A DNA stretch of 64,000 nucleotides, taken from Oopsacas minuta (lineage: Eukaryota; Animalia; Porifera). The notes beneath the pieces are model-generated. The model had not been told where the DNA came from. It saw only the letters and a program-made list of their open reading frames with translations, and ran no database searches. The position numbers and the translations under genes are program-made. Positions 13,440 to 27,400 of the stretch are shown here, one piece after another. The stretch spans positions 253,060-317,059 of the forward strand of contig JAKMXF010000328.1 in the NCBI GenBank assembly GCA_024704765.1. Direction: 5' to 3'. Position 1 is the stretch's first letter; each line of letters opens with the position of its first letter.

Positions 13440-13976
13440 AGTTGGTATTCACAAATGAAAGTAAAAACTAAGTAAATACTTAGTTTTTCTGAAATCTAAG
13501 TAAAACTGAGTAAATACTTAGTTTCCCTACGGAACTAAGTATTTTTAAGTCTAGTCTTGAGGTCACTTAACTCATCATATTTTTATTATAAGAGCGTACT
13601 TTCCTAGGTTAGAAGATTTATCAAATTTAAGATTCCTTCTTGTCATCTAATTCACTTTTATTAAGTAAATTCGACTGCTGAAGTGCGTAATGATTTTACA
13701 TACTTTCGAAAGTTTATCTACTTGTTCACAAAAAGGTTAATATCTCTGTGCATATTTCAACAAACTATACAATACTTAGTTATACTCGTTGGAAACCAAG
13801 TATTTGAACTTATACTTAACTAATACTTAGTTTTACTTAGTTTTCTTTCAAAACTAAGTATATACTAAGTATTGGTTAAGTATACGTGCATTGATGAGAA
13901 CTTAGCAAAAACTAAGATTTACTTAGTTTCGAGTTAAGTTTAAGTTTAATTCAAGTAGTTTAGTGAATAAGGCCCC
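13440..13976. mobile_element. MITE-like element with internal palindromic ACTAAGTA/TACTTAGT repeats, possibly PIF/Harbinger
   Basis: Many ACTAAGTA and TACTTAGT motifs; the right end GTGAATAAGGCCCC resembles a Harbinger-type TIR; the left TIR is unclear. Confidence 0.4.
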
Positions 13977-13979
13977 TGA

Positions 13980-14125
13980 TGACGTAATAATTCCATGATG
14001 AGTTATCATAATTTGTACATGTGTGAATTTTTGATCCAAGACTCGAAAAGTCTAAAATACCCCTGTATGCAATATATCAGCCTGGGGAAAATGGAGTTTC
14101 TTCAATCAATCCTGGACATACGCCT
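13980..14125 (-). repeat. Partial copy of the repeat family at 53100-53640 and 60215-60653
   Basis: Reverse complement contains GATTGATTGAAGAAAC, GGCTGAT and GCATACAGGGGTATTTT, shared with both copies. Confidence 0.7.
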
Positions 14126-14279
14126 ACAAACATACTCTCTCTGAGAGCTTCCAACTCGGTTTCAACTCTATGACCACCTCTAACGTAGTTGTTGTCATAA
14201 GAGAGTTAATAAACATCAAGCAACATCTCAATACATAGTGGTTTACATTTAATTCGCGACACTCCTTTTTGAACATTAT

Positions 14280-15250
14280 TGAATTAGTTTAGGGTTGAAT
14301 TCCTAATTAGACACGTTTCTTGCAAACTTCCAGCAGCACATTTGGTTGTTGATTGAATACTATATAACAAGAATGGGTCTTCGAAGAGTACAAGTGTGTA
14401 CACCAATGGCAGAATATCTTATGGAAGATATTGAAATGTCACTAATACAAGAATTTTCGCTAGTTACTAGTGTTCTGCCTGTGATTATTACTGAAAGTGT
14501 ATTCACTATTGCACTGGAATTTTGAGTTTGTAGTTATTTACTACGTAATTATTTATCAAATAATCTCTTGTTTTAAGGTCCCATTTCTTCCGAGTTCCAG
14601 CCTGTGGAAACTGATTCACATCTTTCTGTAAGCAATACATTAGATATTTCTAACAAAGTAAATTATCATTATACAATAACATACTCTCAACATTCCTTTT
14701 AACGTTAAAAAAAAGGTGGCCGTTTGTCCGGAAGAGACGATTGTCCTTAAATTTCAACAAACACAACCAACTAACATGCCATCTCCTGATCATCGCCTTA
14801 TGGCTTTCGAAACAATAACTAAAAACCCATTGCTCATACATTCACTCAAGAGATGAAAAGACTATTTAGTAGCCAGATTTCGTTCAGGGAATCAACAGTC
14901 ACTGGCTTCAATATTCTAATGCGTCACTTTGAAGATATTACAACAAAATTTGTCATCTATGATAATGCTTATAATCGACACATTTGTTTAATAAGGTAAT
15001 TATTAGTATCATAGGTCATTAACTTTCTAATATTAGAGTGAAAGAAAAATTGTCCCGAAATTCCTAGATAAACCCTTGCCAGAGATAGTTGAATAATCAT
15101 CGAGTTGAAACCAATAAGGATGCTCTCGGAATGAGACTAGTACATAATTCCAACTTCCAAATATATCAAATTACCTTGCGCAAATAGAATACTAATAAAT
15201 GTAAACATTGGCTGATATTCACTACTAATACGGATACCGACATTTCGCTC
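14280..15250 (+). mobile_element. Highly decayed Penelope-like retroelement RT remnant
   Basis: YYITRMG...PMAEYLMEDIE, ITESVFTI (at the expected YVDD position) and VRK...LNFNKHN match the order of PLE RT motifs. Confidence 0.5.
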
Positions 15251-15568
15251 AATTTTTGATTGGTCAATTTTGTTAATAATTTAACAGGTTTTATATGGCT
15301 AAATAATGGAACTAATTTCTTGTCCTGAATTCGTTTGGTTAATTCTAACTTAAATTTAATTGCTCTACCAGTTGCTTTGCAGAAATTTGCTAAATAGATT
15401 AACTAAGTAGCTTGTATAGATTCATTTAGATTGTGGTCGAAAATATACATAGTTTATTATTAGAGGATGACATATATAATTACGTAGAAGTTATTACAAA
15501 CTGGTATAGCTTTAAGAGCAATGACTAGATCTTATTGCATTTGTTTCAAACAATTTTAGCGTTCTGGC

Positions 15569-17964
15569 TAGGGATTCTAATCTGGCCCTGGGATCCCGGG
15601 ATTAAGTATTCCAATCACGGGATTCTCAAACGAATTGATCACACTTCAAATATTGGGTTCCATTGAATTATATCGCGTTAACTTAATTGGGAAGCTGCAG
15701 AAATTATATGTAACAATGGCAATCTGATGTTCGCAGTACTCATAATATTATATCACCAATTTATACACATAAAGTATACTACATATTACTATAGTACATT
15801 CTTAACTGAACCGATATTGTAATTCTTTGGCTACATGGCAGTGAACCACGTTAGATTTCGAGAATTTAAGGGTGCACCAATTTGGACACATTATAAGCGA
15901 TCATCATGTGGAAACCTGGCAGAATGCAAGATTTGTGAGAAGAATCTAAAGTGTCATGGAGGATCAACCAAAGGTTTGCATGTCCACCTTAAATCTTGTC
16001 ATAATGTCGATTTACTAATACGTACTATTTTAGAGAGTGATATCGAAAACAAAGAACAAGAATCCAACTGAAACACAAAAGAAATTGAAAAGTTTTATAA
16101 ATGATGCCGGCCTTCCAGCAGTGCTGGCCAGAATGACCGCTTATGGCGGCCTTTCTTTTAAAATATATATTACTTCGCAGGACTTACGGAAATTTCTTAC
16201 CGCACTAGGACACTCTGTACCTAAATTTATCACCAGTATAAGAGAATTAGTTATGCAATACGGACAACAAATACGTCAAAAAAACACCCGAAAGTTAGCT
16301 AATCTTAAATCAGAAGGAAACAAATTTGGCCTTACATTGCATGAGTGGACATCACTGGGTAATAGAAGATATAGATACTTGAATATAAATGTATATGGGA
16401 GAGGTTATCTTATAAATCTTGGGTTAGTGAGATTAAAGGGAATTTTCACTGCAGAAATATCTTCGGATGCAATCTCTAATAAGCTAAGTGAATTTGGTTT
16501 AGATTATCGTCCAGATATTGTTGGCATCGCAACAAATGGTTGTGCGATGATGAAAAAACTAGTTAGAATAATACCTCCATTCCAACAATTATGCTACGCA
16601 CATGGACTCCAGCTAGTCTTACAAGACATATTCTATCGAAGCAAGCCTAAATCCAAGAATTAATCATTTCTACTACTGATCCTGATGAAGAGGAAGGATC
16701 ATTGGATAATGATGAAGAAAGTGGTGGTTTAATTGTTTTAAATACCCCTGGTCAGGAGATTTCATTAGAACTATGCGACGATATTATTGACACTGGCCAA
16801 ATACGTGGAAATGTGAAACAATTTAAGCGATCGCCATTGAAATTGAGACATTACAAATATATGTCAGAGAAACCCATCCCAATGGATTAAACTTAATCCT
16901 TGATTGTAAGACTCGATGGAGTTCTCTACTAGATATGTTATCAAAAATTATTCAACTTAAGCTACCAGTTCAAAAGGCTCTATTGGACCTTGGACCAAGT
17001 GCGGATCTAAGCGATCATGATTTCATCAAGATTGAGGCAATCGCTAAAGTTCTCACTCCAATCAATATTGCAGTAGAAGCTCTATGTAGGCGTGATGCTA
17101 CCATAATAACTGCGGAAGTAACAATAAAGTTTCTATTAAATGAGCTCAGTGTGTCTCCTTCACATTAGGCGAATTATTGAAGAGAGATACTCGATGCATT
17201 GGTTGTTATTCAACATCTCCACAATCCTCAAGCTCAAATTGAGAAAAAAGTAACAATTAACAGATTTTGTTGCGAGTTATTCTTAAGAATTAGGGAAAAT
17301 GTGGATGCTGAAGAAAATTTGAATGAAGCACAATCCACAACTACTTCAGGAAATAATTCTGAACATTCGGATCCAGGAAATGTATCCGTCCAAGAGAAAC
17401 TTCAAATTGCAATAAATGCTTCTCTATAAAATCCCCAAAAGAGTTCCCAAAAGAACTTACCACTATCAACTCATCTCAAGTATGAGCTAACAATCGCTGA
17501 ACAGACAGGGAAAAGAGATAATTTTTTGGAAGAAATTTATCAATTGCTATACATCATCCTACCAACTTCAGGCTAAATCATTCTCTTCAGCAGCGTACCT
17601 ATGCAATAGGTTTAGAAGTAGGCTCAGCGATGAAACAATAGATGCTTTGGTGTTTATTAGAAATAACATCACTAATTAGTAATAGTACACGCTTTGGGTA
17701 TCGAATCGTGATACTTTGTCGTATTTCCATTTGTTTCTATGCTACTTTCATTATTATTCTCATTCATTTTCCATTAAATTCAGTACTGAAGAACGTGAAT
17801 ATATACTCAATAATCGCCGTACAACCGAAAGCAAGCAAATTACTTGTAACTATTACAAAGAATAATCCATCAATCATAGTATTAGTATAAGCTATGTACA
17901 TATATAGAAGTAAAAAATTTAATATATTAATTAAGCATGCTCAATCCCGGGATTGGAGTCCCTA
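15569..17964 (+). mobile_element. hAT transposon with BED zinc finger; transposase is a pseudogene
   Basis: TIRs TAGGGA(T/C)TC(T/C)AATC. BED finger IWTHY...CKICEK...STKGLHVHLKSCH; LTLHEWTS (normally LDEWTS), LCYAHGLQL, DCKTRWSSLLDML; C-terminal RSRLSDETIDAL. No matching 8 bp TSD. Confidence 0.9.
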
Positions 17965-19211
17965 ATTGCACCAATAATTAACTTCTATGATAAATTTATA
18001 ATGAAGGGTAATAATATGTAAAATAGTAAAATATCAAACTCAAAGGATACCAAAGATCGCTGTAATTCTTATTAATAGCCCAATTTGGACTGTAGTCACA
18101 TTCCCTGACAATTAATGTTCGGGGAAACATAATCACTTGGAACTTGGTGCAATCTATATTCCCTATGTAAAGATGTTCGGGAAACACTATTCATTGTTAC
18201 ACCGGATTCACATAAATATTTCAGTAATACCATTGTAAAAATAATCTAAGTTTTCGGCACAGATAGTAATTTCAGATATTTTTTTCTTTCGAAAGGTGTG
18301 AAATTCATGGTACCTTTCTTTTATAATTTTTGTTAGAGGCAGGACAAAAGTTTGACCAATCTGAGATAGTGGGATTTAGCGTTCAATACTGGCTCATTAT
18401 ACTAGGGTTGGCACAGTAAAAAGGACTAAATTTTCGACCTAGGGGTTTTTATTAATGATTAGCATTATGTTCATGATTAAATCTGTCAATAAAGTCAGAT
18501 TATGATTTTGATTATGAATTCAGGAATTATTTAATCAATTACTATCGATTACTATTGCAGGGCTTGAGAAATATCAAAATCGTGAAAAATTAAGATTTAG
18601 TATTAGTTTTCTATGACAAGAATTCTGCAATTCTGTTGAATTTTTAGACGCTAATTCTTGTGGTACAAGACGAGGTCGTGAAAATTGAGAGCCCTGCTAT
18701 TGTTATCATAATCAGCCACAATTGCACAAGCCTAACCCGAACCACATGGCTCTGAAGATAACACATCGGTTTCTTAATTCTTTGATCTTTCATAATTAGT
18801 TGTTTTTCGTAAACCTTATCATCCGTAACTATGCTATGCCAAAATAATGAGCCACCCTCCCGCAAATATATTGATTCCAAACTATGTATTAAATTGGAGA
18901 GTCGGTATTGAGAATTGGTATTTATTTACCAAAATATTTGGACGGGTGGTCAGAAAAAATTCGTACGAGTTGAACTAAAACTATTTTGTGCCTAAAATAG
19001 GCACGAGTTCACTTAAAAGTTCGAGACGAGTTGACCAAATATAAATACGAGCTAACGAAGAATTAGAACGATTTGAATCAGGTGTGAGTTTACGGGTCCG
19101 AATAATACAGTGAGCGAATCAATGATATGATTTTCAAAGATTGAGAAATATAAAGTATATAGGCAATATATACTACTATATTGCAATAGCTTTATAAATC
19201 AAAAGCTAACA

Positions 19212-21152
19212 TTACTTCTCATCTAACAAATCTAATAGCATATTGATACTGTTAGTGAGGGCATCAGTGAATTGTTTCACTTCTCGACCTTCATAAGCTG
19301 TAACATTAGCTTCTATCCGATCTTCTCTGATTCCATAACCGATCCCATAACCGTCATGTACTACAGGAGCAAATCCTCCAACCAATACAGCCTCAGAATC
19401 GAGGGTGCTTGTTGACATAGTAAAGTGATTAATATATTTATGTACTTCATCAGTGAATATTTTGGGAATAGTGCCACCGAGCTCATTAGCTAAGCAAGAC
19501 AACCCAAACAAGTGTCTATCGAATCCCTTCCCCATAACTGCTTGTTTTACCAAAGTTGAGTGCTTTCTTGAGCAAGCTTTCATCAGCTCCAGTAGTTGCG
19601 GTGTAGATAATTTTCCATTAAGAATAGCTTTGGTACATTGTAATGTTTCGAAAGTACAAGGACGTACAGTCTCAGTCCTGCCGTGTTTGAAAGCAGAGGT
19701 GCTTGCCGACTCATAGGTAGCCGCTGTTTTGCCCCCAGAAATTAAAAAATATGCCATTTGTATCGCTAACTGTATAACAGCATCTGAAGATAATTCTACC
19801 TTCTTAAAGTAATGTTTTCCTGCCCGGATTATCTGAAGTTCTTGAACTTTGAGTCCCTTAGTTCGAGTGTAGAACTCAGTTTTGACTTTCTCAATTGTTT
19901 GTATGAGATTATCAGTCAATTCGAATTTAACCTCATTTACTTTTGCATCATTCAACTGTATGTTTTGTGGATCAACACTAGTAATTTTACTCTGTTCATA
20001 AAGTGCGTTAAAGAGTCTCAATAGTGCGACCCCATCTCCCCAAGAGTGTTCGAAGTGAATACTACAGTGACCATTCGGTTGGAATATAAGTTGGAATGAC
20101 TTATCAAACCAGCGATTGATACCATCACCATGCAGCATAGCTTTAGTGTATTCAGATGCACTTACGGATTCTTGAGAATCTAAACACAAAATGTATAAGC
20201 TCTCATCAATTAACTTGATAGATTTTGCATTTAACTCAATTTGTACCAGTTCAGCACGTGCTGAAGTCCAAGTGTCACGGTCTGCAGCTGTAAGAATTGA
20301 TACCGGATGTTTAGGATAATCTCCAGATCCTTGTTTAATCTTCAAGAGGTTATTATATATTTCATCTGTTGACAATACACTCTTATCAGGTAGAAATACA
20401 TCAAAAGTGTAAAAGTTTCCGTTTACAACTACGCAAATATGCCTTGCATTCGTATTACATGTTAATATATCCTTTTCAGGCATTGGAATACGTGTGGAGT
20501 TGAATAGATTAGAAAATTGTACCATATCGAGGGGATACGCTTTGTAGTACAAGTACGAAGTGTATATCTTAAGTCTACCGGGCAACAATTTCATTAATCT
20601 AGCATACGATTCGGTATCGCTCTTGATAGGCTGGGTATGGTATATCATTGGTTTCAACTGACCGTCTAATAGAGAGGCTTTGAACCGAGCAGTAATTGAT
20701 ATCATTTTAGCAGCCCTTTTGAGGGGATCCATAGTTTGAAGGTCTGGCTTTAGTCCTATGAATGCATTGTGAGTGAGAACAACAGAAGACCTATCTCTTA
20801 GATACCTGTCTGTCCATGGCCCGGTTATGTAACTAGTCTGTTTGTTTAATTTATTTCGCGCCACAAGTTCGTATTGTAGATGTCTTCCTTCTGTCTGTAG
20901 CTTATCTACGAGACTAGATATGTGTGAGTACTGCTCAGAATTCAACAAAGGCTTTACAGCTGTCAGATAGAGCTGACAACTATTTTGTAGTGTGGGGATA
21001 GGTAGCTGTGGTAAATATGGTTGGAAGTAGAGGGTAGGGAGAGTACTTTTCTCGAGGTATGCAGAATGAGGAAATATATTGGAGAAATGTGATAAGCATT
21101 TCCGATTCCAAAATATAATATTCACAGTCTGAGTAAGTGGATATTTTAACAT
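19212..21152 (-). CDS. CPT2: Carnitine O-palmitoyltransferase 2, single exon, about 646 aa
   Basis: LPQLPIPTL, WFDKSF, catalytic HFEHSWGDGVALLR, SASTSAFKHGRTETVRP, GFDRHL, GGFAPVVHDGYGIGY. Start placed at ATG 21152 (MLKYP...). The frame is also open to an ATG at 21269. Confidence 0.93.
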   Translation of the reverse strand: MLKYPLTQTVNIIFWNRKCLSHFSNIFPHSAYLEKSTLPTLYFQPYLPQLPIPTLQNSCQLYLTAVKPLLNSEQYSHISSLVDKLQTEGRHLQYELVARNKLNKQTSYITGPWTDRYLRDRSSVVLTHNAFIGLKPDLQTMDPLKRAAKMISITARFKASLLDGQLKPMIYHTQPIKSDTESYARLMKLLPGRLKIYTSYLYYKAYPLDMVQFSNLFNSTRIPMPEKDILTCNTNARHICVVVNGNFYTFDVFLPDKSVLSTDEIYNNLLKIKQGSGDYPKHPVSILTAADRDTWTSARAELVQIELNAKSIKLIDESLYILCLDSQESVSASEYTKAMLHGDGINRWFDKSFQLIFQPNGHCSIHFEHSWGDGVALLRLFNALYEQSKITSVDPQNIQLNDAKVNEVKFELTDNLIQTIEKVKTEFYTRTKGLKVQELQIIRAGKHYFKKVELSSDAVIQLAIQMAYFLISGGKTAATYESASTSAFKHGRTETVRPCTFETLQCTKAILNGKLSTPQLLELMKACSRKHSTLVKQAVMGKGFDRHLFGLSCLANELGGTIPKIFTDEVHKYINHFTMSTSTLDSEAVLVGGFAPVVHDGYGIGYGIREDRIEANVTAYEGREVKQFTDALTNSINMLLDLLDEK

Positions 21153-21284
21153 TCTATCAGATATTAACAATGAATATACTGAAATTATTAGCAATATAAT
21201 TACGAAAAATAATTCAACTTCCTCTCGTTGGCTAATATACCAGACGGAGAAGGGGAGTACGGATAACATCTCTCCGAACTATTT

Positions 21285-21650
21285 ATACATTTTCATACGA
21301 TATCTTGAAGTACGTAATCTTGATAATGACCAAATATGGGCATAATCACAATTGCGTCACACCCGTTGGAGATATCGTATGAAAATGTATTACAAGGGTA
21401 TGGGAAGTTGGGTATATGGTACATATTGGTTGGACTTATTTGATAATAACTCTAGCGACTATCGAGTTATTAAGGGATTTTACCTAATATGTGCCATCCA
21501 TGGTATCTAATATAACTCAGTTACGTGACAATTAATACTAACAAAAATTTTGTATTATATGCATAAACATCCTTAGATCACTTGATATTAATTCTGGAAT
21601 CGAAGTCGCACTAGTGATCGTTTATCAGAGCTTTAAAAATGGTGCATTTT
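21285..21650. repeat. Copy of the long-TIR family linked to P/THAP elements, with a perfect 21 bp inverted repeat (21285-21305 / 21370-21390)
   Basis: Shares AGGGTATGGGAAGT, TCGAGTTAT, GCCATCCATGGT and TAACTCA with 45055-45400 and 57145-57330. Confidence 0.7.
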
Positions 21651-22041
21651 TAACAAATTGCCCTTCTAACCAAACAGATGACATCATTTCAAACTGATAA
21701 TAGTTGGATAATATGACTACTGTAAATTTATAATTATCAATAATATATTTATTCGAGCTTGAATGCACCGATTTTGTTTTATCGATAAAAATAGAATTGT
21801 AAGTCAAATTTAATAGAGTAATCCATGGTTAAATATCGTGAATAGGCTTTAGTTTCGTAGGCTGTGAATCATATACCATGTAAATTCATTGTTAGAAACC
21901 AAACTATTTTACAAGCGATTCTGAATTTAGATCTCGATTTCATTAATAATATAGATTAGATAATTATATAATTTTTGTATTACACTAACTACTAAACATA
22001 TAAGATTCAACAAGAATGAATCAAGAAATCATTGGGATATA

Positions 22042-23391
22042 CAGTGTCAGTCAAAAAGAATTGCTCAGAATAAATTTACCCCAAATTCTTATATCTATGA
22101 CTGATTTAACAATAATGCTTTATTATAATCAAGTAAATTGTTGTTAGTATTTAGTAGAACCTCCGCTTGCTTGAATTAGGGCTTTACGTCTTTGCGGCAT
22201 ACTCTCAATTAGAGTATGGAACCTGTTAATGTCGATGCTATCCCAAGTGCTTAATATGGCATTCCACAACTCTGAGTGGTTGGATGGGCTTTTCTCTTGA
22301 ATTCTGAGGGAAATGTGATCCCAAAGATTCTCAATCGGATTTAGATCAGGTGACTGAGCAGGCCAATTCATAACCTCTATTTTTGCTCACCAAACCATTG
22401 CTTAGTACCCTTTGACCTATGGCATGGGACGTTGTCTTGCTGAAAGGTCCATCCAGAATGTAAAGAATGCAAATCAACGCTTGGGATTAGTGCATTTTCC
22501 AATATATCAATGTAGGAATTTGTCTTGAGGTTCCCAGATACTTTCCGCAAGAGTCCTACGCCACTCCAGCAAAAGCATCCCCAAACTATGATGCCATCTC
22601 CACCAAACTTGCAAGTTTTTTGAAGACACCTCTCTGAGAACTCCTCCCCTTTCATCCTCCTGATGTAGGCTCTCCCGTCATTAGTATACAGAAGGAACCT
22701 AGATTCGTCACTAAACACAACTCTTGCCCATTCTTCAGTATTCCAATTCTTGTGCCATCTTGCGAAGGAAAGTCGGTTTCTTTTGTGCTTGGTAGTAAGG
22801 CGAGGCTTCCTTCGCGGTTTTTGTCCGAACAGTCCAGCCCTCGTAACTTTCTCTGAACTGTTGAAGTGGAAAGTTTTATCGAATATTCTGATAACACTTC
22901 AGCTTTGATCTGAGTAGCAGTCTTAAATCGATCCTTTTTGCATTTTCTGACCAATAATTTGTCTTGCCTTTTGGTTGTGACACGAGGCCTACCCGGAATA
23001 GCGAGGTCTCTTACCGTGCCAGTCAGCCTGTGTTTCTTAAGCATCTCGGCTACACTTTTTTAGCTACACCCAACCATTTTAGCTACCTCCCTCTGAGTAT
23101 GGCCACTTTCTGAAAGTAGTATCAGGTTGGCTCGATTTTCAATGGAAATTCGGGGTTTAAAAGGCATGGAAAATTCGATAAAAACAGATAAATTGGAAAA
23201 AAAAGAATACAACATAAAAACTGTAAGTTGTGCAAATATAATGAATGGATTAGTTGTGTTGGTGTTATTTGTCAAAATACATACGGCTGAGTATGGTTTC
23301 GCAAAAATTCAACAATCTGGTCAGTGTATACAATTTGACATTTACTATACTATATATATTCATCTTGAGCAATTCTTTTTGACCGGCACTG
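22042..23391 (-). mobile_element. Full-length Tc1-type element (1,350 bp), transposase frameshifted
   Basis: TIRs CAGTG(T/C)C(A/G)GTCAAAAAGAATTGCTCA with TA on both sides. HTH MPFKPRISIENR...; FSDESRF, FQQDNVPCH and WPAQSPDLNPIENLW lie in split ORFs. Confidence 0.95.
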
Positions 23392-24089
23392 TATGTGTAA
23401 TGTTTGATGCCAAGTGATATCATGTTATTTGTATAAATTTAGATGAATCAGAGGATTATTCAGGTGTTAGTTGGAAGTGTCCGGCGTGTGAAGATTTGTA
23501 ATTCCATATTTATTATGTATTTTATTCATTTCTGTGAATTCTATATTCATGTATGGTGTATGTAACTAATAGATAAATCAATAAATGAAAAAGAAGGAAA
23601 TTGTGAAGCCCTAGGCTCTAATAGCAAAAGGGTATATCTGATCCGGAGTTACCCGGACAGACACATGTGCTACAGAGTATTGGCAGCGAGAACATATAAT
23701 TTGCCTTATATTTGAGATAACGTTATAATACTTTTGTTATGTATCTGATTGTTATTTATCTTTAAAACTGAACAACGATATATTTGTGTAGATATATTTA
23801 TAATTATAATATCTAACAGCTCTATTCTATATTTCTATAGTAATTTAATTAGAAGATATAATCTCATACAATGTGTTAGAATGTGATTATATATTATAGG
23901 AGCAGAGCATTCTACACCTACATACATCTAGCTTAAATCTATCTCTAAAGATATGTAAATATAGGAATAATCTCTCAGGGAAATTATTAAAGCTCACCGA
24001 TATTGAGCACTGTCTTAAGGATTGTTTAGGCGCCAGATTAGGATAAAGATAAAACGTATCCAGACCCCTAGACAGTCCTGAATTACTCA

Positions 24090-25388
24090 GTAAGGTATTT
24101 GTATAACATTAAGTGTAGAGGTATTTGACTATATTTCTATGAGTAAGTCTTTTCTCAATACGAATATTCTGCTGAAGGCAGAATATTCGTATTGAAAAGA
24201 GTATTACGTTAATGCTATCTAAAACAATACTTAGCTACCTTAGGCTGATCGTATTTCTTAGAAAATGTTTCGCACTGACGCTGCTTAATGTATTCGGAAA
24301 ATGAATGTCAGAGATCATAGTTTGGAAATCCGTAATCAAGCAATTGGCATGCTAAGTGCTGGAATGACCCAGAAAGACCTAGCTATAAAGCTCCAAGTTA
24401 GTTTGAGAGCAATCGAACGGTGGTGGTGCAAGCAGAAGGTCGGAAAATCTCAAAGAACTGAAGCTCATCCTGGGAGGAATTCCAGTGTCCAAAATTCCGC
24501 CAAAATTATAATTTCGAAATCTCTCAGCAAAAGATGCAAATCTACTAGGAAATTGGCTGAAATAGTGACCTCAATGGGCTATCCTATATCGCATTCGACC
24601 GTTCATCATTATCTTCGGGATAATATTGGCGCGAAATCTTACAAAAAGCCAAAAGGCTGCGATTGACGGAGAAAATGAAGGAAAAACAACTCAAATTTGC
24701 AGAATCCGCAAAGAATGGTCTGATGAAGCACCTTCTCAATTGTTCAATACGCCAAACCGACAGAATGATCGCGTTGTGCTAAAAATTCAGACAATATTGG
24801 ACCTTGCGTTAAATTCATGTCTGGGGCATGATGTCCCATCGAGCTGTCTCTGAACTCCATGTAGTGCCTCCAAAACAGAAAATAAATGGTTGCTACTATC
24901 GGAACTATATTTTGAATAAACTTGTAAGGATGCTATAGAACGTGACTCAGAAAATGGAACAATTTTACAGCGATCAATGCTCTCAGACATGTCCAGTTTT
25001 GTTTTATGCAGGATGATGCTCGAGCACACACTACAAATTGACTCAGTCCTTTTGTGAAAGAATTTCCCAAAGTTTGGATGAAAGAATAGTGACCAGGAAA
25101 CTCGTCCGACCTCAATCCTATTTACAATCTATGCTCTATTCTGAAAGATAGCGTCAGCCGAATGGAGAATGTGACGAAGCTGGACCATTTAATTTCTCAA
25201 CTAAAAATGGCTTGGGAGGGCTTTGATCCAAAAATTTAGAAAATTTAGTAGCAAGTATGCCTAATGTAGGATTAGATCAGTTATGGAATGCAATAGAGAT
25301 TACATTAATAAATAATTAGCTTAAACGATCCACATTTTTGTGTTTTGAGATATTTTCTAGAACCCTACAACACTTATGATACACCCTG
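24090..25388 (+). mobile_element. Decayed Tc1/mariner element
   Basis: HTH ORF 24301-24666 (RNQAIGMLSAGMTQ...AIERWW); later MQDDARAHT and PGNSSDLNPIYNL. Right TIR CACTTATGATACACCCTG followed by TA; left TIR degenerate. Confidence 0.8.
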
Positions 25389-26863
25389 TATGTTATCCCG
25401 ATTTCATTGGTATTAATATGCCTTGTGTGCCTTTAATACTCAACATTGGGCTAGATTCCTAGCCTTGTTTACCTTTGAACCTCCTATACCAAATTTAACA
25501 TAATCTATTAGGACCTCCTCCCATAGAGTTCAATACGAACCCAAAAGTAAATGTTGAAAGTAAAAGATAAAAGTCATGGCGATGAACTCAATTTTCATAG
25601 ATACATAGCACAGTTTAATAGGTTAAATGCTGACGTATACATAAACATATTCATACATCAATCCACACTTGATTATATATAGATATTCAAACAGATTTTT
25701 CGACAATAATTGCCTGATTTCATTATATTTATCTCAACTCCCATAGCAAGTACCGTCGGGACCTATGTCATCCCAATTTCATTGGTTTTAATATGCCTCG
25801 CGTGTCTTTAATTCTGAATTGTTCTAATTTATTCTGATATTCAACTTATTACAGATTCGCCTCAAGGCCAAATAATCGCGAAAGTCTGGCCTGTTCAGAA
25901 GCACTTCTTCACATGTCAGTGTCTCTCTAAGAATCTGGGTATGCTTAATGGCACTTTTTTGTACAGGAATATATTAATTCTGTAAGAATTTAAAAGATCA
26001 GCACTTTGTGTCCTTCATGGCTGACTGAAATAGCACTATAAGTTGTCAGCCATGTACCTAAATACTCCTGTCCTGATATATCCCTGTTAATCTTTTGCAT
26101 TAATAGAAAGAATCCCGAAAGGGGAGCATCTCACCCTTGACCCAGATGTCCGAGCAAAGTTCTAGTTAATGATTCAGACCTAATTTCGGAAGTAGTCTGG
26201 AAAACTTTCGTTTAGAAATGTTACACGTATTCATTTTCTGAGATATAAGTATTCAAGTATTTGTTATTCTTATACAAAATTTGAGCTCAAATATTATGGT
26301 TTACTTAAAAACAATATTTTGTACTCTCAAAGATATAATTTATGCTCTGCTAAAAAACATGAAATATCCAATTCTAAATTGGAAGTCGTATCAAGATTCA
26401 TGCTACTTATAAATGTCTCAATTGACTTGATAAATGTATTTGTGTGGTTTAATACAATTATTATCTAAAGATATACACAATATGCTATAAAAATCATGAC
26501 TAAGTAGGAAATAATGTAGTAAATGCAACTTCTAGAAACTCTATTAGTCTTCAGTGAGTCATCCAGTTGTTTGAGGTGGTTTTGCAAAAGGCTGTTTTTA
26601 CATTATTATATGTTCTCGCATACGCTAGATTGCCTGTGACACCTCGAGTTGCATTTAACCTGCTTCCGTTTGCACTGGCATGAGACGTAACATCCGCCTC
26701 TACAGCTCAATCCAGGATTTTACTTTTGGGGAAAGATATATATCCATGACTATTTTTCGTTTTATTTAGCTCATGCAGATATTTTGTGCAATTAATATAC
26801 TACTTAATTAACAACAGCATTAATTACAATATGAATATTTATGAAAAATCTGTGTTAACTCGC

Positions 26864-27400
<537 letters not shown>

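Noticed and set aside
25850-26300. Coding-looking stretch between the Tc1 and hAT remnants
   Set aside because: No family motif could be recognised in any frame.
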